A stretch of 64,000 nt of DNA from Polyangiales bacterium (GTDB lineage Bacteria; Myxococcota_A; Polyangia; Polyangiales; Ga0077539), in contig JBGARZ010000016.1 of assembly GCA_044229975.1 (NCBI GenBank), positions 1-64,000 of the forward strand. The letters are read 5' to 3'. Below are positions 47,876 to 57,234 of this stretch, piece after piece (position 1 is the stretch's first letter; each line of letters opens with the position of its first letter). The notes beneath the pieces are model-generated. The model saw only the letters and a list, made by a program, of their open reading frames with translations. It was not told the DNA's origin and ran no database searches. The position numbers and the translations under genes are program-made.

Positions 47876-48038
47876 CCGGTCGTCGGCGGACCTCCGGTCG
47901 GGCCCGCAGTGCGCCGATTGCACGCCCTCGCGCACGTTCTGCTCTGCGCGCGATCGGGCGGTGACTTGCGCCACCCGGCGGCACGATGGCTGCTCAGACC
48001 GTTGGCTTCGTCGCGCGACAGGCGCGACCCTGTGCGCG

Positions 48039-49652
48039 ATGACCGAGCCGACCGCCGAGACCTTGTTCGACGAGATGAAGCGCTACGTGCGCTTCACGGA
48101 CGACGACGCCCGCGCGCTGGCCGCCTTCGGCGAAGTGGCGACGCCCCACTTCGAGCGCATCGCGGCGGAGTTCTACGAGCGGGTGCGCGAGCACGAGGAG
48201 GCCCACGCGGTCTTCACCGGCGAGGAGCAGATCGAGCGTCTGCGGCGCTCGCTCGTGCGGTGGATGGACCGCCTCTGCCGCGGCCCGCACGACGAGTCGT
48301 ACTACGCCGAGCGGGCGCGCATCGGTCGCGTCCACGTTCGCATCGGGCTGCCGCAGCGGTACATGTTCACGGCGATGGCGCTCATCCGCGGCGCCTTCGA
48401 GGTGCTCGCGGAGGGGATGGACGCGGCGGCGGCGACGGCCACGCGCGCGGCGCTCGGTCGGGTGCTCGACCTGGAGCTCGCCATCATGCTGGAGACCTAC
48501 CGCGAGTCCTACGTCGAGCGCCTCCAGCGCACCGCGCGGCAGGAGAACGACCGCCTGCGCGGAGAGCTGGCGCGCAGCGAGCACCGGGCCGCGAGCGCCG
48601 TCGAGCTCGCTCGCGTGATCGTGGTGGGCACCGACGACGCGGGCGCGATCGTGCTCTTCAACCACGAGGCCGAGCGGGTCACCGGGTACGCCGCGGACGA
48701 GGCCCTCGGTCGCGCCTTCGTGGAGCTGCTCGTGCCCGCTCCGCTGCGCGACAGCGACGGGGCGCGATTTCTACGAGCCGCCGCGGGACACGTCTCCGCC
48801 CCGGAGACCTGGGAGTCGCTGCTGCGGGCGCGATCGGGCCGCGAGCGGCTGGTGCGCTGGATCCTCTCGCCGGTCGCCCCGACGCCCGACGACACCGTCG
48901 CCCTCTACGCCGTCGGGCAGGACGTCACCGACGAAAACGCCCTGCGCGAACGCACGCGCCAGAGCGAGCGCCTCGCCGCCGTCGGAACGCTCGCGGCGGG
49001 CCTCGCCCACGAGATTCGCAATCCCCTCAACGGCGCGCTGCTGCACGTGACCTACCTCGAACGCGCGCTCAAGCGCTCCGACGGGAGCCCCGAGGCGCTG
49101 GAGGCGACGCGCTTCATCGGCGTCGAGATCCAGCGGCTGTCGGCGCTGGTGCGCGACTTCCTCGTCTTCGCCCGCCCGGTGCCGCCCGACCGGCGGTTGT
49201 GTTCGCTCCCGGAGGTGTGTCGTCGCGCTGCGGCGGTGGTCGCCGTCGACGCCGATCGCGCGGGGGCGGAGGTCACCGTCGACCTGCCCGCGGCCGACCT
49301 CGTGGTGCCCATCGACGCGGGCAAGATCGAGCAGGTGCTGCTCAACCTCCTCCGCAACGCCCTCGACGCCGTCGGGGCGCAGCGCGGCGGTCGCGTCACG
49401 CTGCGGGTGCGCCGCGAGCCCCGGCAGGCGCTCGTCGAGGTGGAGGACGACGGGCCCGGGTTGCCCTCGCCCGACGCGCCCATCTTCGATGCGTTCTATT
49501 CGACCAAGGCGCAGGGCACGGGGCTGGGTCTCTCCATCGTGCACCGTGTGGTGGGCGACCATGGCGGAGCCATCGACGTCGAGAGCCGCCCGGGGCGCAC
49601 GGTGTTTCGCGTGCGACTGCCGCTCTCGACGGACGCCCCGGTCAGGCCGTAG
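48039..49652 (+). CDS. Globin-coupled sensor histidine kinase (protoglobin-PAS-HisKA-HATPase)
   Basis: YVRFT.DD, FYE and RIGRVHVRIGLPQRYM (proximal His) in the globin, then AHEIRNPL and GTGLGL. Confidence 0.9.
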   Translation: MTEPTAETLFDEMKRYVRFTDDDARALAAFGEVATPHFERIAAEFYERVREHEEAHAVFTGEEQIERLRRSLVRWMDRLCRGPHDESYYAERARIGRVHVRIGLPQRYMFTAMALIRGAFEVLAEGMDAAAATATRAALGRVLDLELAIMLETYRESYVERLQRTARQENDRLRGELARSEHRAASAVELARVIVVGTDDAGAIVLFNHEAERVTGYAADEALGRAFVELLVPAPLRDSDGARFLRAAAGHVSAPETWESLLRARSGRERLVRWILSPVAPTPDDTVALYAVGQDVTDENALRERTRQSERLAAVGTLAAGLAHEIRNPLNGALLHVTYLERALKRSDGSPEALEATRFIGVEIQRLSALVRDFLVFARPVPPDRRLCSLPEVCRRAAAVVAVDADRAGAEVTVDLPAADLVVPIDAGKIEQVLLNLLRNALDAVGAQRGGRVTLRVRREPRQALVEVEDDGPGLPSPDAPIFDAFYSTKAQGTGLGLSIVHRVVGDHGGAIDVESRPGRTVFRVRLPLSTDAPVRP

Positions 49653-50076
49653 CGACGGTTCGCACCACCAGCACCGGTCGGTCGAGGTGCGTGACCACCC
49701 GGCTCGCGGTTGTGCCGAGCAGCCCGTCGAGCGCCCGATGACCGTGCGCGCCAATCACCACCAGCGCCGCGTCTTCGTGGCGCGCGACGTCGCAGATGAC
49801 CCGCCACGCCGCGCCGTACTCCACGCGCACCCGGGCCTCGATGCCCGACGGCAGCAACGCGCGCAGCGCTTCGAGCTCCTCGCGGGCGCTGCGCTCGACG
49901 AGCGAGGCGACCTGGTCGGGCGCCAGGGCGTACGCCTCCAGCGGGAGCTCGGTGGGGATGCCGAGCGCGCGGAGCAGCACGAGCTCGGCGCCGCGCCAGC
50001 GTGCCTCTTCGACGGCGGTCGCGAGCACGGCCTGGACGATCGGGGTGGAGTCGACGGGGACCAGGATCTTCGTCAT
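49642..50076 (-). CDS. Universal stress protein (UspA family)
   Basis: KILVPVD, VIGAHG....GLLGTTA and PVLVV. Confidence 0.9.
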   Translation of the reverse strand: MTKILVPVDSTPIVQAVLATAVEEARWRGAELVLLRALGIPTELPLEAYALAPDQVASLVERSAREELEALRALLPSGIEARVRVEYGAAWRVICDVARHEDAALVVIGAHGHRALDGLLGTTASRVVTHLDRPVLVVRTVATA

Positions 50077-50299
50077 GGAATGGGTGTCTCCTTCGGTGAC
50101 AATGGCAGTGAGCAGGAGGCATGCCCAGCGCCGATGGACGCAGGAAGCACGCAGGCCGCGCAGCGGGCCCTCGGCGGTGCGGAGCGCAGGCCGTGCATCG
50201 GAGGCGCAGCATGTGCGCCGGTCGGGGGGAGTGGCCCGCGGTGGCCGCAAGGGAAGGCATGCGGGTGGCTCTGGTGCTGATACGGTCGCCCCGCCCCCG

Positions 50300-52849
50300 A
50301 TGCCCCGACGCACTTCCAACCCGCCCACCGTCGACCCCCACTCTTCTTCCGCGCGCGGCTTCGTGCGCGTCCGCGGCGCCCGCGAGCACAACCTCCGCGA
50401 CGTCGACGTGGACATCCCCCGCGATGCCCTCGTGGTGTTCACCGGCGTCTCCGGCTCGGGCAAATCATCGCTCGCCTTCGGAACCCTCTACGCCGAAGCC
50501 CAGCGCCGCTACCTGGAGTCGGTGTCGCCGTACGCGCGGCGGCTCTTCGACCAGATGCCCGTGCCCGAGGTCGACGAGGTCGACGGCCTGCCGCCCGCGG
50601 TGGCCCTGCAACAGCAGCGCGGGACGGCGACGGCGCGCTCGTCGGTGGGCAGCGTCACGACGCTCTCCAACCTCCTGCGGATGCTCTACTCGCGCGCGGG
50701 TCACTACCCCGACGGGCAGGCGCTGCTCTACGCCGAGGCGTTCTCGCCCAACACGCCGGAGGGCGCGTGTCCCGAGTGCCAGGGGCAGGGTCGTCTCTAC
50801 GAGGTCACCGAGCGCTCGATGGTGCCCGACGACTCGCTCACCATCCGCGAGCGCGCCGTCGCCGCGTGGCCCACCGCGTGGGGCGGACAGAACCAACGCG
50901 ACATCCTCGTGACCCTCGGCCACGACGTCGACATCCCCTGGCGCGAGCTCCCGAAGAAGACCCGCGAGTGGATCCTTTTCACCGACGAGCAGCCCGTCGT
51001 CCCGGTGTACGCGGGACTCACGCCCGAAGAGACGCGGCGCGCCCTCCAGCGCAAGCAGGAGCCCAGCTACATGGGCACCTTCAGCAGCGCGAAGCGCCAC
51101 GTGCTGCACAGCTTCGCGCACTCGCAGAGCGCGATGATGAAGAAGCGCGCCCAGGAGTTCATGATCGGCCGCGACTGCCCCGCGTGCGGCGGAAGGCGCC
51201 TGCGTCGCGAGTCGCTCTCGGTCACCTTCGCGGGCCTCGACATCACCGAGCTGTCACGGCTCCCGCTCCAGCGCATCGCCGAGATCTTCCGCCCCCACGC
51301 CGATGGCACCGCCACGCCCGACGCGGAAGACAGCGCGCACCCCGAGAAGGCCCTCGTCCGCCGTCGCATCGCGGAGGACCTCGTCGCCCGCGTCGCCGTC
51401 CTGCTCGACCTGGGCCTCGGGTATCTCTCCCCGGAGCGCGGCACCCCCACGCTCTCGCCGGGCGAGCTCCAACGATTGCGCCTCGCCACGCAGGTGCGCT
51501 CCAACCTCTTCGGGGTGGTGTACGTGCTCGACGAACCCTCCGCGGGCCTGCACCCCGCCGACACCGAGGCGCTGCTCCGCGCGCTCGACCGACTCAAGGC
51601 ATCGGGCAACTCGCTCTTCGTGGTCGAGCATGAGCTCGACGTGATCCGCCGCGCCGACTGGATCGTCGACGTGGGCCCCGCCGCGGGTGAGCACGGCGGT
51701 CGCGTTCTCTACAGCGGGCCGTTGGAGGGCTTGCGCGACGTCGCCGCCTCGCAGACGCGGGTGCACCTCTTCGAGACGCCGCCGTTGCCCGCGCGCAAGC
51801 CGCGCAAGGCGCGCGGTGAGCTCGCGCTCGCGGGGGTGACGCGCCACAACCTCCGCGACCTCGACGTGTCCTTCCCGCTCGGGCTCTTCACGAGCGTGAC
51901 GGGGGTGTCGGGCTCGGGGAAGTCGAGCCTCGTGAGTCAGGCGTTGGTGGAGCTCGTCGCGTCGGCGCTGGGCCACGAGCTGGAGGGCGACGAGGCAGAG
52001 GGCGAGGACGACGCGCCCGCGCCGGTGGGTGGCCGCATCCGCTCGGGCATGGACGGCGTGAAGCGCCTCGTGCGCGTCGACCAGAAGCCCATCGGCCGAA
52101 CGCCGCGCTCCAACCTCGCGACGTACACCGGCCTCTTCGATCATGTACGCAAGCTCTTCGCGTCGACAGAAGCTGCCCGCGCGCTGCGCTACGACGCGGG
52201 GCGCTTCTCCTTCAACGTCGCGAAGGGGCGCTGCGCCAACTGCGAGGGCGAAGGCTTCGTCTCGGTGGAGATGCTCTTCCTGCCGAGCGTCTACGCGCCG
52301 TGTCCGGTCTGCGCCGGGGCGCGCTTCAACGCCGAAACGCTCGCCGTGACGTACCGCGGAAGGTCCATCGCCGCGGTGCTCGGGCTCACGGTCGATGCGG
52401 CGTACGAGTTCTTCGCGGACGAGCCCGCGGTGCGACGCGCGCTGCATGTGGTGCGTGAGGTGGGTCTCGGCTACCTGCGACTGGGGCAGCCCGCGACCGA
52501 GCTATCGGGTGGCGAGGCACAGCGCATCAAGCTGGCGACGGAGCTGCAACGCGCGCAGCGCGGCGACAGCCTCTACGTGCTGGACGAGCCCACGACGGGG
52601 CTGCACCCGTCGGACGTCGAGCGGCTGATGGCGCAGCTCGACGCGCTGGTGGAGGCGGGCAACACGGTCGTCGTGGTGGAGCACGACATGCGCGTGGTGG
52701 CGGGGAGCGACTGGGTCATCGACGTCGGCCCCGGTGCAGGCGAAGAGGGTGGCCGCATCGTGGCGGCGGGGACGCCGACGCAGGTCGCGCGGTCGAAGGA
52801 GAGCCGGACGGCGCCGTACCTCGCGCGCTTCCTCGCGGAGGCGGGATGA
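50300..52849 (+). CDS. UvrA-like ABC ATPase, class II/DrrC-like
   Basis: GAREHNL, two Walker A motifs GVSGSGKSS, LSPGE and LSGGE signatures, four CxxC motifs. About 850 aa, shorter than canonical UvrA. Confidence 0.9.
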   Translation: MPRRTSNPPTVDPHSSSARGFVRVRGAREHNLRDVDVDIPRDALVVFTGVSGSGKSSLAFGTLYAEAQRRYLESVSPYARRLFDQMPVPEVDEVDGLPPAVALQQQRGTATARSSVGSVTTLSNLLRMLYSRAGHYPDGQALLYAEAFSPNTPEGACPECQGQGRLYEVTERSMVPDDSLTIRERAVAAWPTAWGGQNQRDILVTLGHDVDIPWRELPKKTREWILFTDEQPVVPVYAGLTPEETRRALQRKQEPSYMGTFSSAKRHVLHSFAHSQSAMMKKRAQEFMIGRDCPACGGRRLRRESLSVTFAGLDITELSRLPLQRIAEIFRPHADGTATPDAEDSAHPEKALVRRRIAEDLVARVAVLLDLGLGYLSPERGTPTLSPGELQRLRLATQVRSNLFGVVYVLDEPSAGLHPADTEALLRALDRLKASGNSLFVVEHELDVIRRADWIVDVGPAAGEHGGRVLYSGPLEGLRDVAASQTRVHLFETPPLPARKPRKARGELALAGVTRHNLRDLDVSFPLGLFTSVTGVSGSGKSSLVSQALVELVASALGHELEGDEAEGEDDAPAPVGGRIRSGMDGVKRLVRVDQKPIGRTPRSNLATYTGLFDHVRKLFASTEAARALRYDAGRFSFNVAKGRCANCEGEGFVSVEMLFLPSVYAPCPVCAGARFNAETLAVTYRGRSIAAVLGLTVDAAYEFFADEPAVRRALHVVREVGLGYLRLGQPATELSGGEAQRIKLATELQRAQRGDSLYVLDEPTTGLHPSDVERLMAQLDALVEAGNTVVVVEHDMRVVAGSDWVIDVGPGAGEEGGRIVAAGTPTQVARSKESRTAPYLARFLAEAG

Positions 52850-52886
52850 TCGTGGACTCACCCGGCCGTCCTTCGAGACCCTCCAC

Positions 52887-52913
52887 TCCTTGCGACCCCT
52901 GCGCCCTTGCGGC
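52887..52913 (-). repeat. Second copy of the 27-bp (GCAAGG)n-type repeat
   Basis: Its reverse complement matches 30976-31002 at 26/27 positions. It also lies between convergent genes. Confidence 0.75.
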
Positions 52914-52956
52914 CTCGCGTCCTCGACGTCGCTGACCCGCTACTCCGAATCTCTGG

Positions 52957-54474
52957 TCAGCGCCCCTCCACCGTCAGTTCGTGCGTCCCCGTCGATCCGC
53001 CGCACTCCACTTCCACGACCCCCGTGCGCGCGTCTCGCGTCGCGGTCCGTGTCTCGCCGTCGCAGCGCACCACGACGTCCGCCGCGAAGTCCTCCGCCGC
53101 CGGAACGTACAGCCGATGCGGCCCTCGCCGATCGGCGCGCGCCACGAAGCGCAGCGCGAAGCGACGGCCGCTCGCGTCGAAGGTCCAGCCGATGGGCTCG
53201 CCCGCGATGGCCTCGGGGCGCACCCGCGCGAGCGCCCGACGAACGCCCGGCCGCAGCCGCCACGCGTCGGTGGCCGCGTCGTAGTCGTGCATCCCCCAGG
53301 AGCCCTGCGAGCGCTCCTTCCAGACCCAGTACATCGCCCCGGCCTGGTACTCGGCCTGGAGGTCCTGCTGGATGCGGTGGTAGTCGGCGGTGCGAATGCC
53401 GTTGGGGTCGTAGCCCCACTCGGTGATGAGCAGCGGCGCACCCCACAGATCGGCCTCGGTGCGCGCGCTCTCCGTCGCCACCCGCAGGTCGTCGATGGTG
53501 AACGACATCCGCTGCGCCTCGGAGCCATTGAACGCCAGCGGGTAGGTGTGCGGCGCGTACACGGCGCCCGTCACCGGGAAGCGCTCCCTCGGCCGCGCCG
53601 ATCGGTTGGTGGCGAGGCGCCCCGTGCTGTCGGGCTCGAACACGATGAGATGCCCGGGGTCGGCCTCGCGCATCGCCCGCGCGACCTGCGCGTTGAGCCG
53701 TTGCACCTGTGACTCCAGCGCGACCGGCTCGTTGAAGATCTCGTACCCGAGCACCGCCGTGTCTCCGCGGAAGCGCGCGGCGACCGCGGCCGCCATCCGG
53801 GCGTAGCGACCACGCAGGCGATCGCCCTCCGCCCCATCGCCGAAGAAGGTCGAGAAGGCCCGCAGCACCTGCCCCGAGGTGCGTCGTGCGCCGAGGTCGG
53901 TGAGCGGTCCCTGGAGAAGCTGTTCAGGCGCCGGAACGATGGCCCAACGCGGCGCGCCGTCTTCACCGATCTCCTTGGAGTAGGCGTCCTGGTGCAGGTC
54001 GAGGAGCACCAGCAGCCCCGCCGCGCGGCAGAGATCGACGACCGTCGCCACGCGAGCGAGATAGGCCGCGTCGAAGTCCGCGCCGTCGACGGGCTCGACG
54101 CCCGACCACTGCAACGGCAAGCGCAGTACGTTGAACCCGAGCGCCCGCATCGACGCGGCGTCGTCGGCCGTGAAGGGCGGAATCGGCTGCAACGGCACGC
54201 GCCCCATGTCGAGGGCCACGTCGAAGACGCCGTCGATGCGGGCGTTGATGCCGTGTACGATGACCACCCGGCCCTGCGCGTCGACGAGGTGACCGCAGCG
54301 CGTCGACAGCGGCGCGAAGGCCCCCGCTGACTCCGTGCACGTCGCTCCGCCGTCCGTGACGTCCTCGACGATCGCGGGCCGATCGACGGCGGCGTCCGTC
54401 GAGGTGGCGGGCGTCGCCTCGCACCCGAGCAACCCCAACATCGTGACCACAACGCTCAGTGAGTGACGCGACAT
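52957..54474 (-). CDS. GH5 endoglycoceramidase-like lipoprotein
   Basis: Lipobox LLGC, GRVV..HGIN, GFNVLRL..WSGVEP, DLHQD, NEP (acid/base), H.Y and TEWG (nucleophile), plus a C-terminal beta-sandwich. Confidence 0.88.
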   Translation of the reverse strand: MSRHSLSVVVTMLGLLGCEATPATSTDAAVDRPAIVEDVTDGGATCTESAGAFAPLSTRCGHLVDAQGRVVIVHGINARIDGVFDVALDMGRVPLQPIPPFTADDAASMRALGFNVLRLPLQWSGVEPVDGADFDAAYLARVATVVDLCRAAGLLVLLDLHQDAYSKEIGEDGAPRWAIVPAPEQLLQGPLTDLGARRTSGQVLRAFSTFFGDGAEGDRLRGRYARMAAAVAARFRGDTAVLGYEIFNEPVALESQVQRLNAQVARAMREADPGHLIVFEPDSTGRLATNRSARPRERFPVTGAVYAPHTYPLAFNGSEAQRMSFTIDDLRVATESARTEADLWGAPLLITEWGYDPNGIRTADYHRIQQDLQAEYQAGAMYWVWKERSQGSWGMHDYDAATDAWRLRPGVRRALARVRPEAIAGEPIGWTFDASGRRFALRFVARADRRGPHRLYVPAAEDFAADVVVRCDGETRTATRDARTGVVEVECGGSTGTHELTVEGR

Positions 54475-54531
54475 GGCCCGGAGTCGTAGCAGCGTCGCGG
54501 CCTTCCCCGCGAGCGGGACGTGGACCCGTCG

Positions 54532-55623
54532 TCACTCCGCCGGCAGGTGGCTCAGCTCGTTGAACACCTGATCGGCGTCCCGGAGGTTCTGCGTGATGGT
54601 GTCGCCGTCGCGCACGCGGCGCAGGCCCTCGATGAGGATGTGCTCACCCTCGCGGAGGCCGCTCTGCACGATGTACTGGTGCGGTATCGACTCGCCCAGG
54701 GTGATCTCCCTCGCGCGCACGACGTTGTCCGCCCCGACGACGAACACGAAGGTCTTGTCGAGCACCGTGTACGTCGCCTTCTGCGGGATGAGCAGCGCGC
54801 CGGGCATCGCCGACGTCATCAGGATCTCGCCCGTCTCGCCGTGGCGCAGGATGCTCTCCCGGTTGGGGAAGCCCGCGCGAAACGCGATGGTCCCAGTGTC
54901 GCTGTTGAAGTCCGCCTCGATGGTCTGGATCGTCCCCGGGTGGGCGTACATCTCGTCGTTGGCCATGCGAAGGCGCACCGGCACCGGGTCGTTGACGCCG
55001 TGGATGCGTCGGTACGCGAGGTAGTCCCGCTCGCTGACGTTGAAGTACACCCACATCTGGCTGTTGTCGGCGAGCACCGTGATGAGATCGCCCTCCTCCA
55101 ACAGGCTCCCGCGCCGCGCCATCAACCGACCCACGATGCCGTCGAAGGGCGCCTCGATGCGCGAGAAGCGCAGGTGCGCCTGGGCCACCTGCCGCTGCGC
55201 CGTCACCTGGTTGAGCGTCGCCTGCGCGAGCGCGAGCTCGTTGGGCGACACCACGTTGCCCGCGCGGAGCATCTGGGTGTTCCGGTACTCGACCTGGGCG
55301 TGCTGCACCTCCGCCGAAGTGCGCGCGAGCTCGGCCTGGTAGAGCGTCGGCGTGATCTGGAAGAGGGCCTGGCCCCGGTGCACCGACTGGCCCTCGTCGA
55401 CCAGCACGTCGCGCAGGTAGCCGCCCTCCAGCGCGCGCACCTCGATGTGCTGCACCGAGCGAATCTGGCAGACGTACTGCCTCGTGATGTCCACGTCCCG
55501 CTTGACCGCCGTCGTCACCTCGAAGCGCGGCCGCGCCTCGGCGTGATGCTGCGCGTGATGACAACCGCTACCGCCCGCCGCGCCCAGGAGCCCGACCAGC
55601 CAACCCACCGCGAGCCTCTTCAT
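54532..55623 (-). CDS. RND periplasmic adaptor (AcrA-like)
   Basis: VDEGQ.V..GQ.LF, APFDG, TGTIAFRA.FPN and IPQKA. Confidence 0.92.
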   Translation of the reverse strand: MKRLAVGWLVGLLGAAGGSGCHHAQHHAEARPRFEVTTAVKRDVDITRQYVCQIRSVQHIEVRALEGGYLRDVLVDEGQSVHRGQALFQITPTLYQAELARTSAEVQHAQVEYRNTQMLRAGNVVSPNELALAQATLNQVTAQRQVAQAHLRFSRIEAPFDGIVGRLMARRGSLLEEGDLITVLADNSQMWVYFNVSERDYLAYRRIHGVNDPVPVRLRMANDEMYAHPGTIQTIEADFNSDTGTIAFRAGFPNRESILRHGETGEILMTSAMPGALLIPQKATYTVLDKTFVFVVGADNVVRAREITLGESIPHQYIVQSGLREGEHILIEGLRRVRDGDTITQNLRDADQVFNELSHLPAE

Positions 55624-57062
55624 TGCGCCGCTCCTGCGTTCCCGTTCTGCGCCGGTCGGGGTTGGGCCCCCGACGGACGCCAGCCCCCGCCGAGCGCCTG
55701 GTAGAGCGTCACGGTGGCCGTCAATTGTCGTTGCTTGGTCTCGACCTGCTCCATCTGCGCCTCCAGCGAGTCGCGGCGCGTCGTGAGCACTTCGAGGTAC
55801 TCCGCCCGCGCGGAGTTGAAGAGCAGCGTCGAGATCTCCACCGACTCGGTGAGGCGATCCACCTGCTGCGTCTTCAACGCGTAGCTCTGCGTCATGTTGC
55901 GCACGAGGTTGATGCTCGTGTTGACGTCGAGAAACGCCGACAGGATCGCGCGCTCGTACCGCAGCACCGCCTGCACCTGCCGCGAGTTGGAGGAGAAGTA
56001 CTCCGCGGTGATGCCGTTGCGGTTGAGCAGCGGCGCCGTGAGCCCCGCGAAGATGCGGTAGAGGATCGAGTCCGGCGTGTCGACGAGGTGACGCACGTCG
56101 AAGGACTGGTAGCCCACGCCGCCGTCGAGGCGCAGCGAGGGGTAGAAGCGAGCCCGCGCGGCGGACACGTCGAGCTGCGCGGCGCGGAGTTCGAGCTCGG
56201 CGCGGCGCACGTCGGGGCGGTTTTCGAGGAGCTGTGCGGGCAGGCCCGTGTGCACCGCGGGGGCGAGCGTGAGGAAGTTCTCCGAGCTGCGGACGATGGG
56301 CGCGGGAAAGCGGCCGAGCAGCAGGTTGATCTGGTTCTCGGTCTCGACGATGCGCTGGCCGATCTCGAACTGCCGGCTCTGAAACCCCTGGAGCTGCGCC
56401 TCGAAGCGACGCACCGCGAGCATCGTGACGCGCGCGGCCTGCTGCTGGAGACGAACCATCTCCAGCGACTCCTCCTGGAGCCGCACGTTGTTGCGAACGA
56501 TCTCCAGCTGGCGATCGAGCGCCATGAGCTCGTAGTAGCGGCTCGCGATCTCGGCCACGAGCCGCGTCACCATGAAGTTTCGCCCCTCGCGGCTCGCGAG
56601 GTAGCGGAAGCGCGCGGCCTCGGCGGCGTTGCGCAGGCGCCCCCAGATGTCGACCTCCCACGAGGCGTACAGCCCGAAGGTGTAGCCCTGGAGGTTGGCG
56701 TCGACGCCGTTGTGCTCGTCGCTCTGCCCCTGGCTGGTGTAGCGGCCCACGCGGTCGAGGCTCGCGCCTGCGGAGGCGCTCAGGCTCGGCAGGTACTCGC
56801 CGCGCCGTGACATCACCTCGTTGTTGGCGACCAGCATCTCCTGCACGGTGATGTTGAGCTCCTGGTTGTTGGCGAGCGCGACGTCGATGAGCGCCACGAG
56901 GTGCGGGTCGGCGAAGAACGTCCGCCAGTCGACGAGGGCGGAGTTCTCCGCGTCCGCGTCGACGCCAAACGACTCGGGCACATGCCGGTTGGGCGCGCGC
57001 GCCGGACCACCGGGGAGCGTCGGGATGCAGCCCACGGCGACGAGCGCGGCGAGGACAACCAT
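55620..57062 (-). CDS. Outer membrane efflux factor (OprM/NodT-like lipoprotein); start uncertain
   Basis: Lipobox AVGC, WEVDIWG.LR, RPDVR.AE and LYQALGGGW. Confidence 0.92.
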   Translation of the reverse strand: MVVLAALVAVGCIPTLPGGPARAPNRHVPESFGVDADAENSALVDWRTFFADPHLVALIDVALANNQELNITVQEMLVANNEVMSRRGEYLPSLSASAGASLDRVGRYTSQGQSDEHNGVDANLQGYTFGLYASWEVDIWGRLRNAAEAARFRYLASREGRNFMVTRLVAEIASRYYELMALDRQLEIVRNNVRLQEESLEMVRLQQQAARVTMLAVRRFEAQLQGFQSRQFEIGQRIVETENQINLLLGRFPAPIVRSSENFLTLAPAVHTGLPAQLLENRPDVRRAELELRAAQLDVSAARARFYPSLRLDGGVGYQSFDVRHLVDTPDSILYRIFAGLTAPLLNRNGITAEYFSSNSRQVQAVLRYERAILSAFLDVNTSINLVRNMTQSYALKTQQVDRLTESVEISTLLFNSARAEYLEVLTTRRDSLEAQMEQVETKQRQLTATVTLYQALGGGWRPSGAQPRPAQNGNAGAAQ

Positions 57063-57097
57063 ACGGACACCAACGAAGTTCTTCCGTGCCCGGCTGG

Positions 57098-57214
57098 CGC
57101 GGGTTGAAACCCACGGCAGCCAAGGGAAGGCCCGCGGCGGGCTGGTCACGGTCCTTGGCATTGAGCAGTCCGCGCAGCGGACTTCACCTTGGCTGCCGTG
57201 GGTTTCAACCCGCG
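57098..57214. repeat. REP-like doublet: perfect 28-bp inverted repeat (57098-57125 / 57187-57214) with inner hairpins
   Basis: CGCGGGTTGAAACCCACGGCAGCCAAGG and its exact reverse complement. Confidence 0.9.
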
Positions 57215-57234
57215 GTAGCCCGTCGCACGAAGCG

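Noticed and set aside
50300..52849. Canonical uvrA
   Set aside because: Shorter than canonical UvrA and appears to lack the UvrB-binding insertion, so called class II.
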